This document shows, piece after piece, positions 1 through 9,664 of a stretch of DNA of 64,000 bases. The position numbers were made by a program, and so were the translations under genes. The first letter of the stretch is position 1. Each line of letters starts with the position of its first letter. Origin of the DNA: Dehalococcoidia bacterium (GTDB lineage: Bacteria > Chloroflexota > Dehalococcoidia > DSTF01 > JACRBR01); assembly GCA_035650575.1 (NCBI GenBank), contig DASRHM010000123.1, positions 1,234-65,233 on the forward strand. The letters are read 5' to 3'. Below the pieces are notes generated by a model that ran no database searches, was not told the DNA's origin, and saw only the letters and a program-made list of their open reading frames with translations.

Positions 1-1
1 G

Positions 2-817
2 CTCGCGTCGTGGGTGCAAGCGAACCTGCTGCAGGAGGACGGCGACTTCGCCGGACCGCTTCGCACGAAACTGCACGACCGCGTCTACTCGTACCCGAAC
101 GCCTGGCTGATCGGCGGCGCGCAGAAGGCTGGGCGCTTCGACCTCGCGATGCGGGGCATGGACTTCCTGCTGCTGCTCCAGAACGGCGAGGACGGTGGCT
201 TCCGCACGCAACGCGACCGCGAGGATTCGGCGCAGGACCTGCTGTGCAGCGCGCAGTGCGGCAACGCCTGCCTGCTGACGGGGCACGTCAGCGAGGCGCG
301 CAACGTCGGACGCTTCCTGCGGACGGTCTGGCACGCGCAGCCCGACCCGGAGCGCGAGCTGTTCTTCGCGTACCGCCCCGGCGAAGGGCTGCGGACGGAC
401 TTCCCGGACGAACGGCAGCGCCTGTACTCGGTGCGCGCCGACCGGCCGCGGCAGATGTACTTCCAGCCGGGCATCGCCGCCGCGTTCCTGGCGCGGCTCG
501 CGATGGCGACCGGCGACCGCGAGTGGTCCGCGCTCGGGCGCCGGTACCTGGAGATCGCGTTCCACGTGCTCGACGAGATGTACGAGACGGCGCAGGTCGG
601 GAAGGTGGGCTGGGGCGCGGCGCTCCTGTATGCGGTGACGCGCGAGGAGGCGTGCCACGAACTGGCGGCGCGCGTCGGGCGAGCCATGCTGGACCAGCAG
701 ACGCCCGAGGGCGCGTGGGACAACACCGGCGGCTACGTCGACGACGTCGTGCGCGCCGAGTGCACGGCGGAGTTCGTCGTGCTGCTCGACGAGATGGCCG
801 GCGGGCTGGCCGCCTGA
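2..817 (+). CDS. Prenyltransferase / squalene-oxidase-repeat (alpha/alpha-toroid, terpene-cyclase-like) protein, 5' partial
   Basis: The frame of ORF 14..817 stays open to the window edge. Q-W type repeats (LQNGEDGGF, QQTPEGAWDNTGG) are typical of class II terpenoid cyclase / prenyltransferase alpha-toroid folds. Amino-acid composition is diverse and not low-complexity. Confidence 0.6.
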   Translation, partial: LASWVQANLLQEDGDFAGPLRTKLHDRVYSYPNAWLIGGAQKAGRFDLAMRGMDFLLLLQNGEDGGFRTQRDREDSAQDLLCSAQCGNACLLTGHVSEARNVGRFLRTVWHAQPDPERELFFAYRPGEGLRTDFPDERQRLYSVRADRPRQMYFQPGIAAAFLARLAMATGDREWSALGRRYLEIAFHVLDEMYETAQVGKVGWGAALLYAVTREEACHELAARVGRAMLDQQTPEGAWDNTGGYVDDVVRAECTAEFVVLLDEMAGGLAA

Positions 818-824
818 CGCCGTC

Positions 825-1412
825 CTGCTGATCGACCTCCACTGCCACACGCGCGTGCGTTCGGCGTGCAGCGCGCTGACGCCGGAAGCGCTCGTGCGCG
901 CGGCCCGGGCGCGCGGCCTCGACGGCGTCTGCATCACGGAGCACGACGCGCTCTGGGCGCGCGACGACGTCGAGGCGCTGGCGCGCGCGATGCGCTTCCT
1001 GGTGCTGCGAGGCATCGAGGTGACGACCGAGGTCGGGCACGTGCTCGTCTACGGCCTCGACGCGCACGACCCCGCGATGGCGACGCTCGCCGTGCTGCAC
1101 GAGGCGGTGCGGCGGGAGCACGCGCTGATGTACCTCGCGCACCCGTCTCGACGCTACGGCTCGCTGGCGCCGGAATCGCTCGCCGGGCTGTTCGACTCCG
1201 TCGAGGCGCAGAACGGCACCGAGGGGCTGCTGCAGAACGACAACGCGGCGGCGCTGGCGCGGGGCATGCGCCTTCCGGGCATCGGCGGCAGCGACGCGCA
1301 CTCGGCGCGCGAGGTGGGCGTCTGCGCCACGGAGTTCGGGGACGAGGTGACGGACGAGGACAGCTTCCTGGAGGCGCTGCGGGCCGGCCGCTACCGGGCG
1401 CGCCGCGTGTAG
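825..1412 (+). CDS. PHP-domain metal-dependent phosphoesterase (paralog 1); start codon non-canonical or uncertain
   Basis: ORF 855..1412 begins at a GTG. The conserved N-terminal PHP motif LIDLHCHT is encoded in-frame immediately upstream (about 828-851), with no ATG/GTG/TTG between the upstream stop and 855. The paralog at 28497..29177 begins TTG-CTG-ATC-GAC (MLIDLHTHT), and the equivalent codon here is CTG at about 825. Further matches to the paralog: EVTTEVGHVLVYGLD and SFLEALRAGRYRA. Confidence 0.7.
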   Translation: MLIDLHCHTRVRSACSALTPEALVRAARARGLDGVCITEHDALWARDDVEALARAMRFLVLRGIEVTTEVGHVLVYGLDAHDPAMATLAVLHEAVRREHALMYLAHPSRRYGSLAPESLAGLFDSVEAQNGTEGLLQNDNAAALARGMRLPGIGGSDAHSAREVGVCATEFGDEVTDEDSFLEALRAGRYRARRV

Positions 1413-2254
1413 GCGGTGGCCCTGCCGCCGGCGGGCGCGTCGGCCGGGCGCGGGGTGAGCGCCTCGCGCACCTCGGCCAGGGTCGGGACGCGGAGCGGCA
1501 ACGGCTCCGGCGAAAGCTCTTCGCCGCGCGCCATGGCCCAGACGCGCTCGACGAACAGCTGCGCGAAGCCTGCGAACAGCGCGGCGAAGCCCAGCAGTTG
1601 CACGGACTCCTCGAGGTTGGCCTCGATGCCGTACAGCGTGCCGGTCTCGGACGCGATGCCGAAGTGGATCATCGGGAAGGTGAGCGCTTCGAGCCCGAGC
1701 TTGCCGACGCCGCCGGCGACCGCGACGAGGAACCAGAGCTTCGTGCGCGCCGGCGCCTCCCAGATGCAGACGAGCAACGCGGCGGCGGTCGCGAGGATGA
1801 GTGGCGACCAGGCGACCTCCCAGGCGACGCGCTTCGACGAGTCGGGGAGGTTGAACCAGCCGACGAGATGCCGCCCCACCGTCTCGTGCAGGGAGATGTT
1901 CTTGTCGAGCGAGAAGAAGGCGATGCCGGCGGCGGCGACGAGCCAGAGCCAGCGCCTGCGCGGGTCGAAGAACGTCATCGCGACGCCGGCGGCGCAGATC
2001 GCCGCGCCGGCGAGCACGATGGTGTGGAACCAGGTCTCGGGGTTGTTGTGACCGTCGATGTCGAACATCGCGTGGCGGCGGGCGGCGATCCAGCGCTGCC
2101 AGACGTCCATGAGCACGAGCACGACGCCTGTGGCCGCGGCGATGAGCATGACCGCAAGGTCGGCGCGCGGCAGGCGTCCGGCGTCAGCCCTGGACGGGTT
2201 GAGGATCGATGCTGCCTGCTCGCGCGCGTGGCGCAGCGCATCGCGGGTCGTCAT
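1391..2254 (-). CDS. Polytopic integral membrane protein, unknown function
   Basis: 287-aa ORF with at least six hydrophobic helices (e.g. VMLIAAATGVVLVLMDV, WLWLVAAAGIAFFSL). Convergent with the PHP gene. Confidence 0.55.
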   Translation of the reverse strand: MTTRDALRHAREQAASILNPSRADAGRLPRADLAVMLIAAATGVVLVLMDVWQRWIAARRHAMFDIDGHNNPETWFHTIVLAGAAICAAGVAMTFFDPRRRWLWLVAAAGIAFFSLDKNISLHETVGRHLVGWFNLPDSSKRVAWEVAWSPLILATAAALLVCIWEAPARTKLWFLVAVAGGVGKLGLEALTFPMIHFGIASETGTLYGIEANLEESVQLLGFAALFAGFAQLFVERVWAMARGEELSPEPLPLRVPTLAEVREALTPRPADAPAGGRATAYTRRAR

Positions 2255-2564
2255 AAGACCGCCACCTTACCCGATCTAACGCCACGATCCGGCGCCTGGT
2301 GCACGCCCGCAATCGTTATCTTGGAAGACCCACAGATTCGGGCTGGCTGAGGTGGCGGCGGCGCTGGACGGCCGCCGGGCGTCCAGCGGCCTTTCCCGCC
2401 CCTGGGCGGCAAGGTCGGGGAAGCACGCCGGCGCGCGATGAGATTGGCCGCCCGCCCTCGGCCATTCTCCCGTGATCGCGCGCGGATGCCTGTAGGAAAT
2501 CGAGATGCGCTCTGCTAGGCTAGCGCCTCGGATGTACCCGACGGCAGGGAGGTAGGAGGGTTCG

Positions 2565-3674
2565 ATGGGGGCCGACGTCATCCTCAACCGCGCGCTCACC
2601 CGCAGGAAGTTTCTCGCCGCATCGGCGATAACGCTCGGCGGCGCCGCGCTGGCGACGATGGGCGCGCAGTGCGACCCGGCGCTGGTGCGCAGGCTCCAGC
2701 AGGCGAAGACGGCGTTGCCGCCGCAGCACGTCGCGTGGGTCTGGCAGTTCTCGTCGGACGGCGATCCGGCGCAGATCGTCTCGAACCTGCGGGCGAACAA
2801 GATGGCCGTGACAGTGAAGACGCACGACGGCACCGACTGGATGTCGCGCTACGACCGGCACGCGCAGGCGATCAGCGGGCCCGGCCAGGTCGCGGCGATG
2901 GCGAGCTACTTCGAGAGCCACGGCGTGCCGTTTCACGCCTGGTGCGTGGTCAAGGGCGACGACGTCGTGCGCGAAGCGCAGATGGCAGCGGACGTGCTGG
3001 CGGCGGGCGCGCGCTCGCTGATCCTCGACATCGAGGGGTCGGCGGGGTTCTGGCACGGCAGCGCGGCCGACGCCGCGCGCTATGGGGCCGAGCTGCGCGC
3101 TCGCAACGCCTTCGGGCGGGTGGACATCAGCATCGACCCGCGGCCGTGGCGGATGTACCTGGTGCCCATGCAGGAGTTCGTAGACTTCACCGACGGGATC
3201 TGGCCACAGCTCTACTGGGACACCTTCGACACGCCCGGCAACTTCGATGGCTACGTGAGCAGCGGCTTCCCGCCCGGCGGAAACGGCATCACCCCGGAGT
3301 TCCTGCTCGACACGACGTTCCATCTTCTCTCGCAATGGGACCGCTGGATCATCCCGGTGGGCCAGGGCGCGGCGAGCGACGCGGCGACCTGGCCGCGGTT
3401 CGTGCGACGGGCGTGGGAACTGGGGTGGGGCGCCGTCTCCGTCTGGCGGTACGGGGTGACGCGCTACGACACGCTCGTGTACCTGGGGCAGAACCCGGCG
3501 GGCGTGGCGCCGCAACCGCCGCGTCCGCCCACCGCCACGGCGACGCCGCGCACGCCGACGCGTACGCCGACGCGCACCCCCACCCGCACGCCGACACGGA
3601 CGCCAACGCTCACGCCGACGCCGACGCTGACGCCGGCGCCGTCGGCAACGGCCACCGCGACGCCCACGGCCTGA
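2565..3674 (+). CDS. Tat-secreted protein with C-terminal Pro/Thr-rich tandem repeat; possible TIM-barrel glycoside-hydrolase-like domain
   Basis: Twin-arginine signal (RRKFLAASAITLGGAALA). SD GGAGG about 6 nt upstream of ATG 2565. The catalytic-domain guess (GH25-like pattern) is weak. The C-terminus is a (TPTR)n linker. Confidence 0.7.
   Translation: MGADVILNRALTRRKFLAASAITLGGAALATMGAQCDPALVRRLQQAKTALPPQHVAWVWQFSSDGDPAQIVSNLRANKMAVTVKTHDGTDWMSRYDRHAQAISGPGQVAAMASYFESHGVPFHAWCVVKGDDVVREAQMAADVLAAGARSLILDIEGSAGFWHGSAADAARYGAELRARNAFGRVDISIDPRPWRMYLVPMQEFVDFTDGIWPQLYWDTFDTPGNFDGYVSSGFPPGGNGITPEFLLDTTFHLLSQWDRWIIPVGQGAASDAATWPRFVRRAWELGWGAVSVWRYGVTRYDTLVYLGQNPAGVAPQPPRPPTATATPRTPTRTPTRTPTRTPTRTPTLTPTPTLTPAPSATATATPTA
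3528..3671 (+). repeat. Tandem 12-nt ACGCCGACGCGY repeat encoding a Pro-Thr(-Arg) linker
   Basis: Seen directly: ...acgccgacgcgtacgccgacgcgcacccccacccgcacgccgacacggacgccaacgctcacgccgacgccgacg... translating to PRTPTRTPTRTPTRTPTRTPTLTPTPTLTP. Confidence 0.85.
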
Positions 3675-3740
3675 ACCCGCCCCGGCACGCCGTGCCAGAA
3701 GCGCGGGCTTCGGGTACATTCGCGCCTGCGGAGGACGACG

Positions 3741-4979
3741 ATGGCGGAGCGCAGCCTCGGCATCGGCTTCATCGGCGCGGGGTTCATGAACCGCTTCCAC
3801 GTCGCGAGCCTGAGCGGCGTGCGCGACTGTCATGTCGCCGGCGTCTTCAGCCCGACGCGCGCGCACGCCGAGCAGCTCGCGGCGGACGCGGCATCGCGCC
3901 GCCTCGGCTCGCCGCGCGTCCATGCTTCCGTGACGGACCTCGCGTGTGATCCGGGCGTGGACGCGGTGTGGATCGCTTCAACGAACGATGCGCGCGTCGC
4001 GATCGTCGAGGAGATCGTCGCGGCGGTGCGCTCGGGGCGGGCGTCGCTCGCGGGCGTCGCGTGCGAGAAGCCGCTCGCGCGCAACCTGCGCGAGGCACGG
4101 CGCATGCTCGAACTGGTCGAGTCCGCGGGCCTGCTCCACGGCTACCTGGAGAACCAGGTGTTCATGCCGTCGCTCGTGCGCGGGCGCGAGATCATCTGGC
4201 GGCGGGCGGCGCCGATCGCCGGGCGGCCGTACCTCGCGCGGGCGGCGGAGGAGCACAGCGGGCCGCACATGCCGTGGTTCTGGAGCGGCGAGCGGCAGGG
4301 TGGCGGGGTGCTGAACGACATGCTGTGTCACAGCTTCGAGGCGGCGCGGCACCTGCTGACGGGCCCCGGCGAGCCGCGCGACGCGCTGCGCGTCGAGCGT
4401 GTGGACGCGCAGATCGCGGCGCTCAAGTGGACGCGGCCCGCCTACGTCGAGCTGCTGCGCGAACGCACCGGCGGCCGCATCGACTATGCGCGCACGCCGG
4501 CCGAGGACTTCGCGCGGGCGACGATCAACCTGCGCGCGCCGGGGGGCGAGCCGCTGATCATCGAGGCGACGACGTCCTGGAGCTTCGTGGGGCCGGCGCT
4601 GCGGCTGCGCGCCGAGCTGCTGGGGCCGGAGTACGCGCTGCAGGTCGACAGCCTGCAGGCGGAGATGAGCGTCTTCCTCGGCCGCGGCGTCCAGGGCGAT
4701 GCCGGCGAGGACCTGGTCGAGAAACAGAACGCCGAGCAGGGGCTGATGCCGGTCATCGCCGACGAGCCCGCGGCGTACGGCTACACCGCCGAGAACCGGC
4801 ACATGGTGCAGGCGTTCCTCGACGGGCGCGCGCCGGACGAGACCTGGCGCGACGGCGTTGCGGTCGTCGAGGTGCTGATGGCGTGCTACCGCTCGGCCGA
4901 GGAGCGGCGGAGCATCGAGTTTCCGGCGCAGCTCGATGACTTCGTGCCGCAGGTGGCCTCCGGCACGTGGCGTCCGTAG
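3741..4979 (+). CDS. Gfo/Idh/MocA family NAD(P)-dependent oxidoreductase
   Basis: N-terminal Rossmann motif GIGFIGAGFMNRFH. EKP motif (ACEKPLA). Length and C-terminal alpha/beta domain are typical of the family. Confidence 0.85.
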   Translation: MAERSLGIGFIGAGFMNRFHVASLSGVRDCHVAGVFSPTRAHAEQLAADAASRRLGSPRVHASVTDLACDPGVDAVWIASTNDARVAIVEEIVAAVRSGRASLAGVACEKPLARNLREARRMLELVESAGLLHGYLENQVFMPSLVRGREIIWRRAAPIAGRPYLARAAEEHSGPHMPWFWSGERQGGGVLNDMLCHSFEAARHLLTGPGEPRDALRVERVDAQIAALKWTRPAYVELLRERTGGRIDYARTPAEDFARATINLRAPGGEPLIIEATTSWSFVGPALRLRAELLGPEYALQVDSLQAEMSVFLGRGVQGDAGEDLVEKQNAEQGLMPVIADEPAAYGYTAENRHMVQAFLDGRAPDETWRDGVAVVEVLMACYRSAEERRSIEFPAQLDDFVPQVASGTWRP

Positions 4980-5765
4980 TCAGGCGTCGCGCAGACGCTC
5001 GAGGAGCCGCTTGCAGGCGATGATGCCTTCGCGCTCCGACAGCCGCTCGCCCTCGAACTCGATGCCGATGTCGCCGTGGAAGCCGGCGTCCCGGACGATG
5101 CGGAGCATGCGGGCGAAGTCGATCGTCGTCTCTTCGCCGCGCTCGTCGAAGTCGTAGCACTTGGCGCTGACACCGCGCGCGTACGGGATGAGCGTGCGGA
5201 CGGCGCCATACGGGTCGTCGGGCGAGCCGCCGAAGTCAGGCAGCGCGCCAAAGCGTGGATGCGCGACGGCCTCGATCAAGCGCGCCAGCCACGCGGCGTC
5301 GGCCGAGGGGCCGAAGTGGTTTTCGACGAGCACGTCGACCCCGGCCAAGGCGGCGTACTCGAGCAGCGCCGAGAAGCTCTCGGCGTTGCGCTCCAGGGTG
5401 GCGCGGTCTGCGGCCTCGCCGCCGGGGTTCGCGCGGATCGACCGGCATCCCAACTCGGCGGCGATATCGACCCACTTGTGATGGTTCCGCGCGGCGTGCA
5501 GGCGGCGCGACCCGGCTTCGGCGCCCATGTTGCCCTCGGCGTCGCACATGATGAGGGTGAGGTCGACGCCCTGGTCGGCAGCCCGACGTCTTAGCTGCTT
5601 CAGATAGGTATAGACGGGCGATGGGAACAGCGTGTTGACCAGTTCGAGGCGGTCGATGCCAAGCTCCGCGCAAAGGTCGACCATCCCGAGCTGGCTAACT
5701 TCACCCGCAAAGAACATCCGGTGCATCGACCAGCAGGCGAGCGAGATGCGGAACGGTGGCTCCAT
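4980..5765 (-). CDS. Sugar phosphate isomerase/epimerase (xylose-isomerase-like TIM barrel)
   Basis: 261 aa. Motifs LELVN, VLVENH, GDIGIEFEG are typical of the AP-endonuclease-2 / xylose-isomerase-like TIM family. Stop-to-stop adjacent to the Gfo/Idh/MocA gene, a common pairing. Confidence 0.8.
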   Translation of the reverse strand: MEPPFRISLACWSMHRMFFAGEVSQLGMVDLCAELGIDRLELVNTLFPSPVYTYLKQLRRRAADQGVDLTLIMCDAEGNMGAEAGSRRLHAARNHHKWVDIAAELGCRSIRANPGGEAADRATLERNAESFSALLEYAALAGVDVLVENHFGPSADAAWLARLIEAVAHPRFGALPDFGGSPDDPYGAVRTLIPYARGVSAKCYDFDERGEETTIDFARMLRIVRDAGFHGDIGIEFEGERLSEREGIIACKRLLERLRDA

Positions 5766-5884
5766 GCGGGCATCCTACGGCCGGGACGGGGACGCGCGCA
5801 CCCCGGGCGGCGGACGCAACCGGAGGCTACGTTGGCCGATACTCATCATGGAAGGGGTACGGGTCGGGGCTGGCGGAGGTGGCG

Positions 5885-7192
5885 ATGCGGCGTGTGCTGC
5901 TCGTCGATGTCGTCCCCGGCATGGTCCTGCATGGCCCGGTCGCGGGGCCGGACGGTGAGCCGATCCTCGCCGCCGGCCGCGCGCTGGCGGAGGCGGACAT
6001 CGCGATGTTGCGCTCGGCGCCCACGCCGGAGATCGAGATCGAAGACGCGCTCGTCATGCCTGCGCGCGAGCTGTTCCCGCAGACGAACGAAGCTGCCGCG
6101 CTTCAGGCCCTGAACGCCATCGTGATGATGCAGCCGGGGTTGGACGAGCCGCTCGGGCACGAGCGGCTGGAGAAGCTGATCCACGCCCTCGACCAGCTCG
6201 CCGACGGCCTCTTCCCGGACCTCGCGGGCGAAGCGGACTTCGCCGGGCCCGACTCGCTCCAGGGTCACGACTACATCCACCCGGTGAAGGTGGCCGAACT
6301 GGCGATGGTCATCGGGCGCATGACCGGGATGCACAAGCCTGAACTGATGGTGCTCGCGCAGGCGGCGACGCTGATGAACATCGGCTACTCGGCGCTGCAC
6401 CGATCGCTGCTCGACGAGCCGCGCGCCCTCGAGGAGCATGAGTGGCAGCATCACGTCGAGCTGCACCCGGACTACAGCCAGCAGATCCTCGCGCGGTCGG
6501 GACTCCCGGCTGACGCGCTCACGGCGATCGCGCAGCACCATGAGCGCTGGGACGGCTCCGGCTACCCGCACAAGCTGCGCGGCGAGAAGATCTCCGTCTA
6601 CGCGCGGATCATCGCGATCGCCGACACGTACATCTCGCTGCGGTCGCGGCGCGCCTACCGCACCGCGTTGCCGCATCGCGAGGCGCTGGAGCTGATCGTG
6701 GACGGCGCCGACGACCTCTTCGACCCCGACCTCGTGCGAGTCTTCCAGGACGCGGCGGCGATGCTCGCCGGCGGCGGCGAGACTGCGCGCGCCGGCGCGG
6801 TGGCCACGGCGGGGGCTTCCGGCGTCGAAGAGGCGAGCGCGCGCGGCCACGGTGAGCGCTCCGGCGCCGCAGACGACGCGGCGCCAGCACCCCACCGAGA
6901 GCGGCTTCACGAAGCGGATCATGCGCGCCCGGAGCACGCGCCCGCGCGGGGCCCGGACCATGCTCGCCGGCCCGCCGCGGCCGCCGTGGCGGGTGGGACG
7001 CGGCCGATCGCGGTCGGGGCGCGGCCCGCGCCGGCCGCAGCGCCGCGCTCCATCGCGGGCCCGCCGCCCGCGCAGCGTCGCCAGACGGCGGCGGCGATGG
7101 CTCGCACGCGGCGCGCCCGCCGGTCGCTATGGTCGGCCGCCGGGTACCTGGCCTCCGCCGAGCGCGGCGACTGGTCCGCGCTCGTCGCCTGA
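5885..7192 (+). CDS. HD-GYP domain c-di-GMP phosphodiesterase-like protein with long low-complexity C-terminal tail
   Basis: HHERWDGSGYP motif plus HD region (HPVKVAELAMVIGRMTG...). Start chosen at the internal ATG (MRRVLLVDV). The last ~140 aa are Ala/Arg/Pro-rich, and the true stop may lie earlier if the sequence contains an indel. Confidence 0.7.
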   Translation: MRRVLLVDVVPGMVLHGPVAGPDGEPILAAGRALAEADIAMLRSAPTPEIEIEDALVMPARELFPQTNEAAALQALNAIVMMQPGLDEPLGHERLEKLIHALDQLADGLFPDLAGEADFAGPDSLQGHDYIHPVKVAELAMVIGRMTGMHKPELMVLAQAATLMNIGYSALHRSLLDEPRALEEHEWQHHVELHPDYSQQILARSGLPADALTAIAQHHERWDGSGYPHKLRGEKISVYARIIAIADTYISLRSRRAYRTALPHREALELIVDGADDLFDPDLVRVFQDAAAMLAGGGETARAGAVATAGASGVEEASARGHGERSGAADDAAPAPHRERLHEADHARPEHAPARGPDHARRPAAAAVAGGTRPIAVGARPAPAAAPRSIAGPPPAQRRQTAAAMARTRRARRSLWSAAGYLASAERGDWSALVA

Positions 7193-7199
7193 CGGGCGG

Positions 7200-8531
7200 C
7201 TACGCGCAGAGCCTCCGCACCGTCTCGAACAGGATCTGCGTCCCGAGCCGCAGGTTCTCGATGCGGATCCGCTCGTTGTGCCCGTGCACGGTGACGGCTT
7301 CGTCCTGCTCGAGCAGGATCGGGATGAAGCCATACGACGTGATGCCGTGCACGCGGAACACGCGCGAGTCGGTGAAACCGGCGGAGACGCTGGGGAGCAC
7401 GAGCGCCTCCTCCATGTGCTCGTGCACGACGTCTTCGATGATCGCGAAGAGCTCGGTCTGCGCAGACGAGGCCGGCGTGCTCGACGCGTAGATCGTCTCG
7501 ATGCGGACCTTCGGGTCAGCGACCACCTCGCGCACCTGCTCGATGAACGCATCGGTGTCCTGCCCGGGGAGGAGGCGGCAGTCGAGCGTGGCCTCGGCGA
7601 CGCCGGGGATGACGTTGTGCTTGATGCCCGCGTGCGCGGTCGTGGTGCTCACCGTGTTCGTCAGGATGGCGCGCGCGAAGAGGTTCTCGCCTGCCAGGCG
7701 CTCGAGCGCATCGGGCGTGGGTTCGCCGACGATCTGGTGGCGGTGCAGGCGCTCGAAGTAGCCCGTCAGCTCCGGGACCAGCGTGACCGGTCGCTGCCAG
7801 TCCTGGACCTTCTGCAGCGCACGCACGAGGCGATCGAGGGCGTTGTCGGGGTGCGGCACGGAGCCGTGCCCGGGGCGCCCTTCGGCGACCAGGCGCAGCC
7901 AGAGCGGGCCTTTCTCGCTGATCGAGCAGTTGAACGAGGGCCGGCGCGTGCCGAAGACTTCCGCGTTGCCCCAGCCGCCCTCGTTGATCACGTACTCGGC
8001 GTCGAGCAGCTCCGGGTGGTGCCGCTCGATCCATTCAATGCCCCACGTGCCGCCGGCCTCCTCGTCGGCGAGCGCCATGTAGACGATGTCGCGCGCGTGC
8101 GGCAGGCCGAGGCGCTTGACGAGGAGCATCGCCATCAGCTCCATGATCCCCATCGACTTCATGTCGATGGCGCCGCGGCCGTAGATGACGCCGTCGCGCA
8201 CGGCGCCGGAGAACGGCTCGAAGTCCCAGTATTGCCGCTCGACGGGGACGACATCGGTGTGGCTGAGGAGGATCAACGGCGGCCTGGAACCATCGCCCGG
8301 GAGCGTCGCCGTCATGTTCATCCGGTCTTCGCCGAACTCGCGGGCGTCCGACGCGTCGTAGAAGGCGACGGCGTCGATGCCCTCGCGGCGAAAGATGCCG
8401 GCGAGCCACTCGCAGGCGGCGCGCTCGCGGCCCGGCGGGTTGGAGGTGTCGATGCGGATGAACTCCGAGAGGAGCTGGGTCGCCTCTTCGGTGATCGCGT
8501 CCCAGTCGACCTTCGGCGCCGACCCGGCCAT
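7200..8531 (-). CDS. M20 family metallopeptidase (ArgE/DapE/ACY1/CPG2-like)
   Basis: Motifs LLSHTDVVP, YGRGAIDMK, ADEEAGG, NEGG and the C-terminal HGHNERI are characteristic of M20 peptidases. Confidence 0.88.
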   Translation of the reverse strand: MAGSAPKVDWDAITEEATQLLSEFIRIDTSNPPGRERAACEWLAGIFRREGIDAVAFYDASDAREFGEDRMNMTATLPGDGSRPPLILLSHTDVVPVERQYWDFEPFSGAVRDGVIYGRGAIDMKSMGIMELMAMLLVKRLGLPHARDIVYMALADEEAGGTWGIEWIERHHPELLDAEYVINEGGWGNAEVFGTRRPSFNCSISEKGPLWLRLVAEGRPGHGSVPHPDNALDRLVRALQKVQDWQRPVTLVPELTGYFERLHRHQIVGEPTPDALERLAGENLFARAILTNTVSTTTAHAGIKHNVIPGVAEATLDCRLLPGQDTDAFIEQVREVVADPKVRIETIYASSTPASSAQTELFAIIEDVVHEHMEEALVLPSVSAGFTDSRVFRVHGITSYGFIPILLEQDEAVTVHGHNERIRIENLRLGTQILFETVRRLCA

Positions 8532-8674
8532 GCGTCGCTCCTCTCGCTGCGTGCGTCCCTCGCGGGCGGAAGTGTAGGCGAGCGCCGTCCGTGGGCGAAG
8601 CGCCGGCGTCCCGAGGGGTGCGCGTCTGGAAGCGGCTGCGCGGACCGCCGACGATGGCGGCGAGGAGGCGTCTC

Positions 8675-9664
8675 ATGCGTACGCTCGCCGTCGTCCTGGG
8701 CCTGGTCCTGCTCGCGCTGGCCGCCGGCGCGTCGTTCGTGATCCGCGCGGCCGGCGCGCCGGGTGCCTCGCTCGAGTATCGCTGTGACCCGGCGCGGTTG
8801 CCGCCGGGCGTGCCGACGCTCGTCACGTGCAGCTTCACCGCCCGCAACGACGGCGACGCGCCGATCGCAGGCGCCAGCCTCTTCTTCTCGGCGACGGCCG
8901 AGCGTCTGCCGGATCAGTACTACTTCTTCCGCGCCCGCCGGGATGGCGCGGATCTGCCGTTGACGTCCGGCCAGCTCGACTACCCCTATGGCGACCTCGC
9001 ACCGGGCGCACGGAGCACCATCGAGGTGCAAGTGATCATCCAGAGTGCCGAGCCCTACGGGGCGGCGGCGTCGCTGATGGCCAACGGCGTGGAACTCGCG
9101 CGCGCGCCGCTGCACGGCGACGTCACGACGGACGCGCCGGCGCCGGACGTGAAGCTGCGGCTGCTCCGCGACCCGGCGGACGCGCCGTTCGAGGCGCCCG
9201 GCGGCGTCGCGCGCTACGTCGTCGAGGTCGATGCGCCAGCGCCCATCGCTGACGGGCTCCTCGAGGTCGCGTACGGTCCCAGCGCCGTCGCGCAGGCGGA
9301 TGGTTGGACGCCGGCTCCACTGAGGGACGCGGCGGTCAGGCCGCTGGCCCCGGAAGGCTTGCACCAAGATGTGCCGCTCGTCCTCGCCTCGGACGGCGAC
9401 TACTGCCCGTCGACGTGGCCCGCCGCGGTGCTGCGCAGGCACGACACGGAGGGCGAGGTGCTGGCTGCGGCGCTCGGGCCGGGCGCGGCGCTCGGGCGGT
9501 GCTCCGGGCAGGGCGGAGGCGGTGACTTCGTTGCGCCGGAGGCGCTGCCGGCGGCCGGGACGGGCGGGCGCGCCGGCGGAGGGCACCGCGTGGACGTGCT
9601 ATGGGCCGCAGCCGTCGGCGCGCTGCTGGTCGCGGCCGGCGTCAGCGTACGGCGCGTACGATAG
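8675..9664 (+). CDS. Membrane-anchored cell-surface protein (DUF11/CARDB-like features) with C-terminal LPxAG-plus-TM sorting-signal-like tail
   Basis: SD GAGGAGG 7 nt upstream of ATG 8675. N-terminal TM (LAVVLGLVLLALAAGA). C-terminus reads EALPAAGTGG...VLWAAAVGALLVAAGVSVRRVR (motif, hydrophobic helix, basic tail). Confidence 0.6.
   Translation: MRTLAVVLGLVLLALAAGASFVIRAAGAPGASLEYRCDPARLPPGVPTLVTCSFTARNDGDAPIAGASLFFSATAERLPDQYYFFRARRDGADLPLTSGQLDYPYGDLAPGARSTIEVQVIIQSAEPYGAAASLMANGVELARAPLHGDVTTDAPAPDVKLRLLRDPADAPFEAPGGVARYVVEVDAPAPIADGLLEVAYGPSAVAQADGWTPAPLRDAAVRPLAPEGLHQDVPLVLASDGDYCPSTWPAAVLRRHDTEGEVLAAALGPGAALGRCSGQGGGGDFVAPEALPAAGTGGRAGGGHRVDVLWAAAVGALLVAAGVSVRRVR

Noticed and set aside
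85-1301. Overlapping minus-strand ORFs (85..726, 288..1301) across the first two genes
   Set aside because: Antisense to coherent plus-strand genes. Arg/Ser/Pro-rich.
3464-3787. Minus-strand ORF with VGVRVGVRVG repeats
   Set aside because: Simply the reverse complement of the PT-linker tandem repeat.
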